From: Candidatus Lloydbacteria bacterium
Lineage (GTDB): Bacteria; Patescibacteriota; Minisyncoccia; Phycocordibacterales; UBA6899
DNA: 60,096 nt
Reading direction: 5' to 3'
NCBI GenBank assembly: GCA_043744595.1
Contig: JAYTVK010000075.1
Coordinates: 1-60,096, forward strand
Shown: piece after piece, positions 1-7,928 of the stretch
Numbering within the stretch: the first letter of the stretch is position 1
Layout: the number at the start of each line of letters is the position of its first letter
Position numbers and translations under genes: made by a program
The notes under the pieces: generated by a model
The model's input: only the letters and a program-made list of their open reading frames with translations
What the model was told of the DNA's origin: nothing
Databases searched by the model: none

Positions 1-74
1 CAAGAAAAGTACAAACCTCAGTCGTCGTATCAATGGATGGGCAATTGCGATAACCGACAGTTTGACATAATTAT

Positions 75-145
75 TGGGGGATCGTCTAATGGTAGGACAT
101 CTGCCTTTGAAGCAGAAAATTTTGGTCCGATTCCAAGTCCCCCAG
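75..145 (+). tRNA. tRNA-Gln (anticodon TTG)
   Basis: Cloverleaf read by eye. Acceptor TGGGGGA/TCCCCCA. D-arm GTCTAATGGTAGGAC. Anticodon stem TCTGC/GCAGA with loop CTTTGAA (TTG at 107-109). T-arm TTTGG-TCCGATT-CCAAG. Discriminator G; CCA not encoded. Confidence 0.8.
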
Positions 146-211
146 CAATCGGTACAAAGATCTCCGTAAGGAGATTTTTGTTTTACCGATGCTCGGGAGA
201 CTTGGAATCGG
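127..211. repeat. 28-nt imperfect inverted repeat: the tRNA-Gln 3' half (127-154) against an inverted copy (184-211), bracketing the terminator hairpin
   Basis: The reverse complement of 127-154 is taccgattgctgggggacttggaatcgg; 184-211 reads taccgatgctcgggagacttggaatcgg. The outer 12 nt and the inner 7 nt are identical. Confidence 0.6.
156..185 (+). terminator. Intrinsic terminator after tRNA-Gln
   Basis: Stem aaagatctcc / ggagattttt with loop gtaa, followed by a T-run (gtttt). Confidence 0.6.
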
Positions 212-277
212 AAGACGGAGGCGCAAAGCTATCGCTTGCTTTAAAGCGGTGTTGCCGAGTCGGGCTCGCGAGCACTT

Positions 278-436
278 AGCATTTTGGTGACTTTGTGCCA
301 AAATGGTTAGTGACTCGTGAGAGAAGTCCTAGTCCCCCAGCTAAGAACAGAAACTAAGGATCAGTATTTGGCAGCTTTGTGCCAAAATGGTTAGGACGTG
401 TGAGTACAAGACGCGTTCGAATCTTAGGCCCCGCAG
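278..436 (+). repeat. Two tandem related hairpin units (278-341 and 363-436) with tRNA-fragment resemblance
   Basis: A perfect 20-nt direct repeat CTTTGTGCCAAAATGGTTAG occurs at 291-310 and 375-394. Each unit begins with a hairpin (attttgg..ccaaaat; tttggca..tgccaaa). Each contains the D-loop-like AATGGTTAG(G)AC. Each ends in [GT]CCCC[CG]CAG, like the tRNA-Gln 3' end. Unit B carries GTTCGAATC. Neither unit folds into a complete cloverleaf by eye. Confidence 0.5.
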
Positions 437-474
437 TAACGTCGTAAAGTCGCCCGTTTTGGGTGATTTTACTG

Positions 475-1603
475 TTATCTCAAATGAGAATGGGTCGATA
501 CTTTTGTTTTGTGCGATGAACTTCGAGAGAGTACATACGTAGCGATAATTGTTGTAATAGGTACCGCGAGCACAAGTCCTATTCCACCGATGAGAATACG
601 TATGATCTCAGATGCGAACGACTCAGTATTTATCATATACCAGGTGTCGGTGGTTGATATTTGTGCAAGGAGAAAAACAGGAAGTGCCGCTCCAACATAT
701 GCGATCGCAAGCGTATTCACGAGTGCGCCAATGTGTTCGCGACCGATGCGGATCGCACGCTTATAAATGTCCGCTCGTGTCAGGTGTTTCCCTGCACTGA
801 ACAACTCCTCAACAGCGATCGCTTGGCCGATAGCGATGTCATACAGGACTCCAAGAAGCCCTATCATGATACTGCCGTAGAGTAGTCCAACCATGTCTAT
901 TCTTCCTTGGGAAAAAGAATTGAGTATCTTGCTTTCATCAGAGGCATGGCCGGAAAAGTGCGACACATGTACTGCAATATACGCACCGATTCCAGTGACA
1001 ATAACAGTAAGGATCATTCCTACGACGGCCGAGGTAGTGGTGCGGTTAAATCCATGCGTGATGTATGAGCCAATGATGATAATGAGCGAAGCAACCCCAA
1101 TACTCACTTTGACGGCGGAATAGCCAAAGAAAATACCTGGTACAAGCAGGAAGAAGATGAGCAGAAAGCTCCCCATAAGGCTCGCTATCCCACGCACCCC
1201 CCTGAATGCCTCCAAAGAAGAAAATGAGCAATATGAAAACCAGAGCGAGCACCCCAATGACATTCAACCTGTAAGGTTCAGCGACGATCCATGAGTCCTG
1301 ATCCGAGCGTGGGCCTATTTGGTGGATCGCAAAAAATAAGTCACCTGCCGAAACTTTAGTAAAGACATTATCAAAAGAAATGATCTTTCCCTTATCAGGA
1401 CCATCTAGTATCTCTGCGCTCAGTGACTCAATTTGTAGTGTCCCGATTGGGTCGGACATACGCTTGCCGGTAACTTCAAGTACCTTGGCCTTTTCAAAAT
1501 TCCTTATATACGGAACCTCAGTGCTGTTCTGCGCATAGGCAAACATTGGGACTGTGAATACCATAAACATAAACGGAACAAGCAGGTGTGATAGGTATTT
1601 CAT
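475..1603 (-). pseudogene. YibE/F family membrane protein, frameshifted in a G6 homopolymer
   Basis: ORFs 1046..1780 and 475..1263 together are colinear with the paralogues at 6797 and 7929. The frame switches at the C6 run 1197-1202 (G6 on the coding strand). Deleting one G gives FFGGIQGVRGIASL, matching GGKQG[IL]RG in the paralogues. Start taken at ATG 1603 (MKYLSHLL, signal-like). Confidence 0.75.
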
Positions 1604-1662
1604 GAGTTCAGTATTCATGTATGTGTTTGTGAAGTCAATTGCTCGATAGTATCTATAATAAT

Positions 1663-1692
1663 CCTCCCCCAATTCACGTTGAATGGGGGAGG
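1663..1692 (-). terminator. GC-rich hairpin just downstream of the ZIP gene stop (terminator or attenuator)
   Basis: cctccccca / tgggggagg, a 9-bp stem with a 12-nt loop, followed on the minus strand by the A/T-rich attattatag. Confidence 0.35.
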
Positions 1693-1697
1693 GGTAA

Positions 1698-2471
1698 TCA
1701 TGTGACCAATCGAGTCGCGATAAAGATGGCAAGCATTCCGCATAGCGTAATAAGCGTAGTTGCTCTCGTTGGATGCGCATGATGACTTTCAGGAATCAGC
1801 TCGCTTGCTCCGATATATAGGAACGATCCTGAGATCAGTGCCAAGAGTGGCGCAAGTAATCCGGACGGAAGTGCGATGAAGAGCGTACTCAGGATCCCAA
1901 GCAAGGGTGCAAGCGCATCGACGATCGGCCACTTGAACGCTCGTCGTGTATCTGCGCCGCTTTTGAGTACCAAATTCACGGTGTTCATGCCGTCCGAAAA
2001 GTCGTGCGCCAAGACTGCGAGGGTAACGATCAGACCTGTCGCACGTGAAGATTGGAACGCTACCCCAATGATCGCTCCATCAAGAAAACTGTGTAGTGCG
2101 AGGCTGCCGGCTCCGAGGTCTCCTCTGTGATGATGCGCCGACTGCCGTGCATGAGCTATACCGTGCGTGTGTTTTGCAAATGAGCGGTCGAGTATCAGGT
2201 AGCTTACGAACCCCACTGCCACACACAAGAACACGGTGTGGGTGCTGAGGCGATAGTGATTGGCAAAGCTTGACCCAAGGGAGATCGCTTCAGGGAGTAA
2301 GTCGAAGAATACCACTCCAATGACCGCCCCGGCTGAGAATCCGAGCACAAGGTGCAGCTTGTCTTTGATCCGAAGTGCGAGAGCGCCTCCGAGAAACGTT
2401 GATACTCCAGTACACACCCCAATGAGGGCAAGCGGTAGAGCGGCTGTAAAGAACAACAAAAACTGATCCAT
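1698..2471 (-). CDS. zupT: ZIP family divalent metal (zinc) transporter
   Basis: Multi-TM protein with a His-rich loop (HGIAHARQSAHHHRGD) and the motifs HSFLDGAIIGVAF and LAVLAHDFSDGMN typical of ZIP/ZupT. SD TAGGAGA lies 5 nt upstream of the ATG. Confidence 0.85.
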   Translation of the reverse strand: MDQFLLFFTAALPLALIGVCTGVSTFLGGALALRIKDKLHLVLGFSAGAVIGVVFFDLLPEAISLGSSFANHYRLSTHTVFLCVAVGFVSYLILDRSFAKHTHGIAHARQSAHHHRGDLGAGSLALHSFLDGAIIGVAFQSSRATGLIVTLAVLAHDFSDGMNTVNLVLKSGADTRRAFKWPIVDALAPLLGILSTLFIALPSGLLAPLLALISGSFLYIGASELIPESHHAHPTRATTLITLCGMLAIFIATRLVT

Positions 2472-2539
2472 CAGAATCTCCTAAGTTACGAAATTAAAGA
2501 ACAGTGTGAAGCGGAAATACATCCCGCTTGAACCACTTC

Positions 2540-2902
2540 CTAGTGGTTCTCGTGGTGCATGTGCTTTAGGACCGCACTTGCTTCCATTAGCACAATGACT
2601 GCACTGCGCGAGAAGAGTACCCCAAGTCCGACGGTGAACCATCCCGAACATAACACAAATACGTCATGCGGAATTCCGGTGAATATCGTCGCACCTGTTT
2701 CCCACATTTGAATTGGGTTTACGATGAGCACACCCAAGAGTGAGAACCACATCGACGAACAAAAACCGCACGAAAGCGCACCTCCGATCAACGGCAGTTT
2801 TGTTACGTACGCTTTGATCTGAGGGTGGTCCATCTTCAAGTTTCGCCAGATGAGCGTCGTCGTCGATACCACTCCGGTAATGATCAGATATGCAGTGAAC
2901 AT
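2540..2902 (-). CDS. Small membrane protein with CxxC and His-rich C-terminus (DUF1360-like)
   Basis: Three to four hydrophobic segments, SCGFCSSMW motif, C-terminal KHMHHENH. The family assignment comes from motif recall only. Confidence 0.45.
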   Translation of the reverse strand: MFTAYLIITGVVSTTTLIWRNLKMDHPQIKAYVTKLPLIGGALSCGFCSSMWFSLLGVLIVNPIQMWETGATIFTGIPHDVFVLCSGWFTVGLGVLFSRSAVIVLMEASAVLKHMHHENH

Positions 2903-2931
2903 GGGTAGATGAGTTAATTCGAGTAATCTCC

Positions 2932-2970
2932 TAAAAATTGACCCCGCCGCTCTTTCGGGCGGAGGGGTCG
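2932..2970 (-). terminator. Intrinsic terminator after the GC-rich two-gene cassette
   Basis: The minus strand reads gacc-cct-ccgcc cgaaagagc ggcgg ggtc followed by aattttta: a 9-bp GC stem with a 3-nt bulge, then a T-run. Confidence 0.5.
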
Positions 2971-2982
2971 TCGAGCTTCCGC

Positions 2983-3303
2983 TTAGGCAAGATACGGAGA
3001 CACGAGCATGAAGAGTTCTGATGTCACCGAGTTGACCGCCAGCTTTTCCCGAAGGTAGCGATCGATCTGCTGCGCTTGTGCGCCGTCGAGCGAAATACCG
3101 TCCTTCACGATCACGGACACCGGCTCTCGCGTGTCATCGACTTCGACGTGGGTATGGTCGCCGCCGATACACGTCCCGCACATATGCGGAAAGATCGTGA
3201 CATTGCGGATCTGCTTTCCGTCGAGCTCCCACAGAGGGAAGTGGATGCGTACTTCTTCGCTGCCGTCCGGCTTCTGATATCTTCCAATGCTGCCGCTGTG
3301 CAT
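2983..3303 (-). CDS. Hypothetical Cys/His-motif protein (orphan P2), GC-rich
   Basis: Intact 106-aa ORF. SD AGGAGG lies 5 nt upstream of the ATG and overlaps the stop codon of the upstream gene. Motif HMCGTCIGGDHTH. No family recognised. Confidence 0.6.
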   Translation of the reverse strand: MHSGSIGRYQKPDGSEEVRIHFPLWELDGKQIRNVTIFPHMCGTCIGGDHTHVEVDDTREPVSVIVKDGISLDGAQAQQIDRYLREKLAVNSVTSELFMLVSPYLA

Positions 3304-3312
3304 AGCTGCCTC

Positions 3313-3729
3313 CTAGTTCTGCATGAGTTCGGGGTGTGCGCGCAGGTAGCGCTCGTACGCCCAGTTGTCCTTGATGCCGGCGAAAAATCGCTGTGCACCG
3401 TCGATGTCACGCAGGGCACCAACGCGTCCGCTTGTATCGCGGTATAGGGTCACCGTGCCGCATTGTGAACGGTAGCCCGCCGGTGCTTCACCCTCACTGA
3501 TTGGGGTGAGCGCGAGCATAGCCGGGTCTTCACCCGCTTGGGGGAGGGGGCTCTCCATGTTGTAGAAGCCCCACGCGCATGAGCCGCAGGTGCCGCGCTT
3601 GTCGTCTTCCTCTCCGTCGGTGTCGCGCACATCGTTCGGGCAGTGCGGGGATCGGACAGTGCGCAAGCGCATGTCTGCCTTCTGCACGCTGCCTACTCTT
3701 GGAATGAAAAGAACTATTGCTTGTTGCAT
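3313..3729 (-). CDS. Hypothetical Cys-motif protein (orphan P1), GC-rich
   Basis: Start placed at ATG 3729 (MQQAIVLF) because a strong SD AAGGAG lies 6 nt upstream. Motifs HCPND and GTCGSCAWG. No family recognised. Confidence 0.6.
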   Translation of the reverse strand: MQQAIVLFIPRVGSVQKADMRLRTVRSPHCPNDVRDTDGEEDDKRGTCGSCAWGFYNMESPLPQAGEDPAMLALTPISEGEAPAGYRSQCGTVTLYRDTSGRVGALRDIDGAQRFFAGIKDNWAYERYLRAHPELMQN

Positions 3730-3772
3730 GAATCGCTCCTTGTGGACATGAGCACGAAATGCACCCATTTAT

Positions 3773-3793
3773 AAATGCGAACTATTCGCATTT
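3773..3793. promoter_or_regulatory. Fur-family (Zur-like) box 1, perfect 9-3-9 palindrome
   Basis: AAATGCGAA-cta-TTCGCATTT in the divergent region between orphan P1 and the Fur-family gene. Confidence 0.6.
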
Positions 3794-3830
3794 GATAATA
3801 TGGTAAATGATAAACTTTCTCAAGTCAAGT

Positions 3831-3851
3831 AATTGCGAATAATTCCTATTT
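3831..3851. promoter_or_regulatory. Fur-family (Zur-like) box 2, degenerate copy
   Basis: aattgcgaataattcctattt matches box 1 at 16 of 21 positions. It lies 17 nt upstream of the Fur-family start codon. Confidence 0.4.
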
Positions 3852-3867
3852 GTGATACCGTGGACAC

Positions 3868-4299
3868 ATGAAATCATCTCCATCTCCATTTGCGGCATTG
3901 CTGCGTGAAAAAGGGTATAAGGCGACCCCAAGCCGTCTTTCGCTGCTCCAGATACTTGCAAGGGCTGATGCACCACTCAGTATTCCCGAGATACTCAAAC
4001 ATTCGGACGACGGATTAACCCAGGCGACCGTATATCGCGCACTCGAGTCGCTTATCGATGTGCGTATCGTGCGGCGCATCGACGTCGGACACACACATGC
4101 GCACTATGAGCTTGAAAGTGTAGAAAAACACCATCATCATCTGATCTGCAAAACCTGCGGAAAGATGGAAGATGTTGAACGCTGTGATATTGAAGACATC
4201 GAGAAATCAGTGCTAAAAAAGTCGACGAATTTTGCGATGATCAAAGATCACTCGCTGGAATTTTTTGGGTACTGTAAGAAATGCGCCAAACTTTTGTGA
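3868..4299 (+). CDS. zur: Fur family transcriptional repressor, probably Zur
   Basis: Winged-helix segment TQATVYRALESL, HHHH-L-ICKTCG and CKKC (two CxxC pairs). Sits directly upstream of znuACB. Confidence 0.8.
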   Translation: MKSSPSPFAALLREKGYKATPSRLSLLQILARADAPLSIPEILKHSDDGLTQATVYRALESLIDVRIVRRIDVGHTHAHYELESVEKHHHHLICKTCGKMEDVERCDIEDIEKSVLKKSTNFAMIKDHSLEFFGYCKKCAKLL

Positions 4300-4327
4300 A
4301 TATAACAACTGAAACACATTCATTATC

Positions 4328-5248
4328 ATGAGAAAAAAATATCTTATTGGAGCGGTTATAGGAGTGACTATCATCGGCGTTCTGACTTTACTTCATCCCA
4401 CTCCAATTCAGCGAGTTGAGCAGCCCGCGATATTGCAGATCACGACAAGTTTTTACCCGCTCTACTTTTTTACCAGCGCAATCGTCGGCGATAAAGCGAG
4501 CGTGGTGAATATCACTCCTGCCGGTGCAGAACCGCACGATTATGAACCAACACCAAACGACATTGCGATGATTGAACGCAGTCGTATTGTCGTACTCAAC
4601 GGCGGAGGGCTTGAGGCGTGGGGAGATGCAATCCGTAAAAACATTAACCCACAGAAGACCACTGTTGTCGTTGCCGGAGAAGGACTCACGACCCAAACAG
4701 TGATCGAAGACGACAAGAAGATCATCGATCCGCATGTCTGGCAAAGTCCTATCTTGGCTAAGCAAATGGTGCAAAAAATCCTGGCCGCGATCATTCTGGC
4801 AGATCCGCAGAACAGCGAGTACTACACAGAGCATGCTGCAGCACTACTTAGTCAACTCGATGCGCTTGATCAGGATTACAGATCAGGATTGCTCGCGTGT
4901 ACACGGAAGGATTTTGTCACCTCCCACGCTGCATTTGGATATATGGCATCGACCTACGGACTCGTACAGGTGCCCATTGCGGGAATTTCGCCCGATACTG
5001 AGCCTTCGCCAAAACAATTGGCGGGCATCACTCAGTTTGTTCGCGATCATAAGATCACGATCATTTTCTTCGAAAGTCTTGTAAGCCCGAAATTGTCACA
5101 GACGATAGCAAAAGAGACTGGGGCCTCGACCATGGTGCTCGATCCTATTGAAGGACTTTCCGACGAGGACCTTCGCACAGGAAGAAACTACCTTACGGTC
5201 ATGAAGGATAACCTGAAAAATTTACAAACAGCATTGACGTGTAAATAA
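4328..5248 (+). CDS. znuA: Zinc ABC transporter substrate-binding protein (cluster A-I / ZnuA-TroA family)
   Basis: N-terminal anchor plus the motifs GAEPHDYEPTP, DPHVW and HAAFGY typical of ZnuA/TroA. Confidence 0.85.
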   Translation: MRKKYLIGAVIGVTIIGVLTLLHPTPIQRVEQPAILQITTSFYPLYFFTSAIVGDKASVVNITPAGAEPHDYEPTPNDIAMIERSRIVVLNGGGLEAWGDAIRKNINPQKTTVVVAGEGLTTQTVIEDDKKIIDPHVWQSPILAKQMVQKILAAIILADPQNSEYYTEHAAALLSQLDALDQDYRSGLLACTRKDFVTSHAAFGYMASTYGLVQVPIAGISPDTEPSPKQLAGITQFVRDHKITIIFFESLVSPKLSQTIAKETGASTMVLDPIEGLSDEDLRTGRNYLTVMKDNLKNLQTALTCK

Positions 5249-5991
5249 TGGAAACCGCAGTACCCAAGCCGGTCATCGAGGTTCGCGATCTGAGTTTTTC
5301 ATATGGCGCGGGTGAAGCGCTTTGTTGTGTCGATCTCACTGTTTGGGAAGGTGACTACCTTGGAATTGTCGGTCCGAATGGCGGAGGAAAAACCACACTC
5401 CTGAAACTCATGCTCGGGCTTCTTAAGCCGCTACAGGGCTCTGTGGTGTTGTTTGGGCAAGAGCGAGCATCACTGATCGACCATGCTGCTATCGGGTATG
5501 TCCCTCAGAAAACTTCGGCGTTTGATGTGAATTTCCCTGCAACCGTACGCGACGTCGTACGCATGGGGCGCTTTGCAAAGAGGGGATTACTCTCGCGGCT
5601 AACGAAAGAGGATGATGCTGCGGCGGAGCTCGCGCTTCATCGTACGGGCATGTGGGAATACCGCAATAGGATGATCAGTGAACTTTCCGGAGGACAGACG
5701 CAACGTGTGTTCATTTCGAGGGCACTAGCGACAAATCCCAAAATCCTTTTTCTTGACGAGCCGACGGCGGGTATAGACCATGCATCTCAAGATGAATTTT
5801 ATGCACTGCTACGCGATCTCCATCGTAAGGAAAAGCTTACGATCGTCTTGATCTCGCACGACATCGAACACGTTATCCAAGAATCTTCAGCTGTTGCCTA
5901 TGTCGATTCGAAGTTGACGTACTATAGAGTACCGTCTGAATTTATCGAGAAGAGTAAGGAATATTCACTCATGCATGGCCATGATCACTGA
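5248..5991 (+). CDS. znuC: Zinc ABC transporter ATP-binding protein
   Basis: Walker A GPNGGGKTT, signature LSGGQ, Walker B ILFLDEP. Start overlaps the znuA stop. Confidence 0.85.
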   Translation: METAVPKPVIEVRDLSFSYGAGEALCCVDLTVWEGDYLGIVGPNGGGKTTLLKLMLGLLKPLQGSVVLFGQERASLIDHAAIGYVPQKTSAFDVNFPATVRDVVRMGRFAKRGLLSRLTKEDDAAAELALHRTGMWEYRNRMISELSGGQTQRVFISRALATNPKILFLDEPTAGIDHASQDEFYALLRDLHRKEKLTIVLISHDIEHVIQESSAVAYVDSKLTYYRVPSEFIEKSKEYSLMHGHDH

Positions 5992-6784
5992 CATATTCCA
6001 ATATGGCTTCATGGTGCGCGGACTTGAGGCAGGGGTTGTTGTTGCGCTTATTTCTCCGCTTATCGGTATCTTTCTCGTACTCAGGCGCTACTCACTCATT
6101 GCCGACACACTCGCGCATGTGTCGCTTGCGGGGATTGCACTCGGGCTTCTGCTTGGTGTTAGTCCGATCGTTACTGCACTCGGGACCACCCTTGCTGCGT
6201 CACTGGGAATAGAAAAACTTCGTGATACGAAGCGCGTCTATGGAGAATCTGCACTTGCCATCTTTCTCTCCGGCTCGCTTGCACTTGCTATCGTACTCAT
6301 CAGTCTTGGACATGGACTGAATACCAATGTGTTTAATTACTTATTCGGGAGTATTGTCACGGTGACCGATGCGGATGTGCATATTATCTGCATACTCGCA
6401 CTCATTGTTGGGCTAGGAGTCTTTCTGTTTTTCAAAGAACTGGTATATGTCTCGTTCGATGAAGAGTCTGCGCAGGTGAGCGGTATTCCGGTACGGGCGA
6501 TCAACACCCTACTGATCGTTGCCGCGGCACTTACGGTATCGCTCGCTATTCCGATCGTCGGAGTGCTCCTGATCTCTGCGCTCATCGTCATTCCTGTGGT
6601 CACCGCACTGCAATTGAGAAAGAACTTTCTTGTTACGTTACTTATCGCAGAAATCTTCTCCGTTCTTTCTGTCATACTCGGTATCTTCGTGTCGTTCTAT
6701 CTCGATCTCTCAACTGGTGGTACGATAGTCCTCATCATGATCGCCTTGTTTCTCATGACCATGGGACTCACCGATCGAAGATAA
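5975..6784 (+). CDS. znuB: Zinc ABC transporter permease
   Basis: About 8 TM segments, ABC-3 type permease. Overlaps znuC by 17 nt. Confidence 0.8.
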   Translation: MAMITDIFQYGFMVRGLEAGVVVALISPLIGIFLVLRRYSLIADTLAHVSLAGIALGLLLGVSPIVTALGTTLAASLGIEKLRDTKRVYGESALAIFLSGSLALAIVLISLGHGLNTNVFNYLFGSIVTVTDADVHIICILALIVGLGVFLFFKELVYVSFDEESAQVSGIPVRAINTLLIVAAALTVSLAIPIVGVLLISALIVIPVVTALQLRKNFLVTLLIAEIFSVLSVILGIFVSFYLDLSTGGTIVLIMIALFLMTMGLTDRR

Positions 6785-6796
6785 TCAAAAATCCTC

Positions 6797-7888
6797 ATGC
6801 TCATAAAAAGACAATTTCTTCTTTCTACTGCCGTATTCGTAGCATTCGGGTTGTTTGCTCCTCATTCATTCGCTCAGGTTGCAACTCAAACACCTGCAGT
6901 TAGCGCGCGTGTTAATCAGGTGATGAAAATTGATGAAGTTAATTCTCGTGAAACGATCGCGGCGACACTACTTGAAGGTGTTGAACAAAGAAAAAATGTG
7001 GTCGTCGAAAACGCACCGACCGGACTGAAGCAAGGAGATACATTTTTTGTAGTCTCAATTCCGGGGGAGTATACAAATGACGGAAATATACGCTACGAGT
7101 TTGCAGACTATGATCGCCTTTCCGTGGATTACTTTCTTATAGGACTCTTCGTGCTCTGCGCACTTCTTGTCGGTGGCAAGCAGGGTTTGCGTGGGATCGT
7201 GTCACTTGTGGGGAGTATCTTGCTCATCATCTATATCCTTCTTCCCGGGATCGCGCACGGATATTCACCGGCATTACTCAGTGCGGTCGTCTCATTTTTG
7301 GTCATCGTGTTTGGCTCATATGTTACTCATGGTTTTAATAAGGCGACAAGTGCGGCGGTCGCCGGCATGCTCATTACTCTTGTTTTTACTGCTGTGCTGG
7401 CATATTTTTCTATACAATTCGCACACCTCAGCGGTTACTTCGCGGAAGGTGCGTCTGACTTCTACGAATCAGGAATATATACCAACTACGATTTTCAGAG
7501 TCTGCTCTTTGGCGCGATCCTCGTTGGTATCTTGGGAGTACTTATCGATATCGCCGTGGGGCAAGCGGTCGCAGTAGAAGAACTTATCAGGATGGATCCG
7601 CTGTGCTCAAGAAGAATTATTTATGAGAGAGGGATAAGGATCGGACGGGAGCATATCGGCACACTCATCAATATTCTCGCGATCCTCTATGTGGCATCCG
7701 CATTACCGCTTCTCCTTTTATACTATACGTCTTCAAGCTTCTTCTATGCCGCACACCCGCTGATCAATCAGGAAGGATTTTCGACAGAGATCATCCGCGT
7801 TATGATCGAGAGTATCGGTCTGATACTTGCGGTGCCTATCACTACTCTTTTATCGGTATTTCTTTTGACCAAGAAACAAGATTCATAA
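6797..7888 (+). CDS. YibE/F family membrane protein (paralogue 1)
   Basis: Signal-like N-terminus and soluble N-domain. TM core with GSYVTHGFNKATSAAV and RIGREHIGTLINILAI. Confidence 0.75.
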   Translation: MLIKRQFLLSTAVFVAFGLFAPHSFAQVATQTPAVSARVNQVMKIDEVNSRETIAATLLEGVEQRKNVVVENAPTGLKQGDTFFVVSIPGEYTNDGNIRYEFADYDRLSVDYFLIGLFVLCALLVGGKQGLRGIVSLVGSILLIIYILLPGIAHGYSPALLSAVVSFLVIVFGSYVTHGFNKATSAAVAGMLITLVFTAVLAYFSIQFAHLSGYFAEGASDFYESGIYTNYDFQSLLFGAILVGILGVLIDIAVGQAVAVEELIRMDPLCSRRIIYERGIRIGREHIGTLINILAILYVASALPLLLLYYTSSSFFYAAHPLINQEGFSTEIIRVMIESIGLILAVPITTLLSVFLLTKKQDS

Positions 7889-7928
7889 AACAAGGTCCTC
7901 AAGCCATATTGTTTGCTATAATCACATC

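Noticed and set aside
186-290. A possible additional tRNA (long-variable-arm type) or SRP/tmRNA-like gene between the tRNA-Gln terminator and repeat unit A.
   Set aside because: I could not build an acceptor stem, a T-arm or a 7-nt anticodon loop on either strand. No SRP domain IV, tmRNA tag or RNase P P4 motifs are visible. Part of the segment is simply the inverted copy of the tRNA-Gln 3' half.
1604-1780. The N-terminal extension of ORF 1046..1780 (MRIQREQLRLL...).
   Set aside because: It overlaps the 3' end of the ZIP gene and the hairpin at 1663-1692. The paralogues begin with a signal-like sequence equivalent to MKYLSHLL at 1603.
3076-3447. Overlapping ORFs 3076..3447 (+) and 3111..3422 (-) inside the GC-rich cassette.
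   Set aside because: High G+C suppresses stop codons in all frames. The two accepted minus-strand ORFs are the only ones with strong SD sequences and translational coupling.
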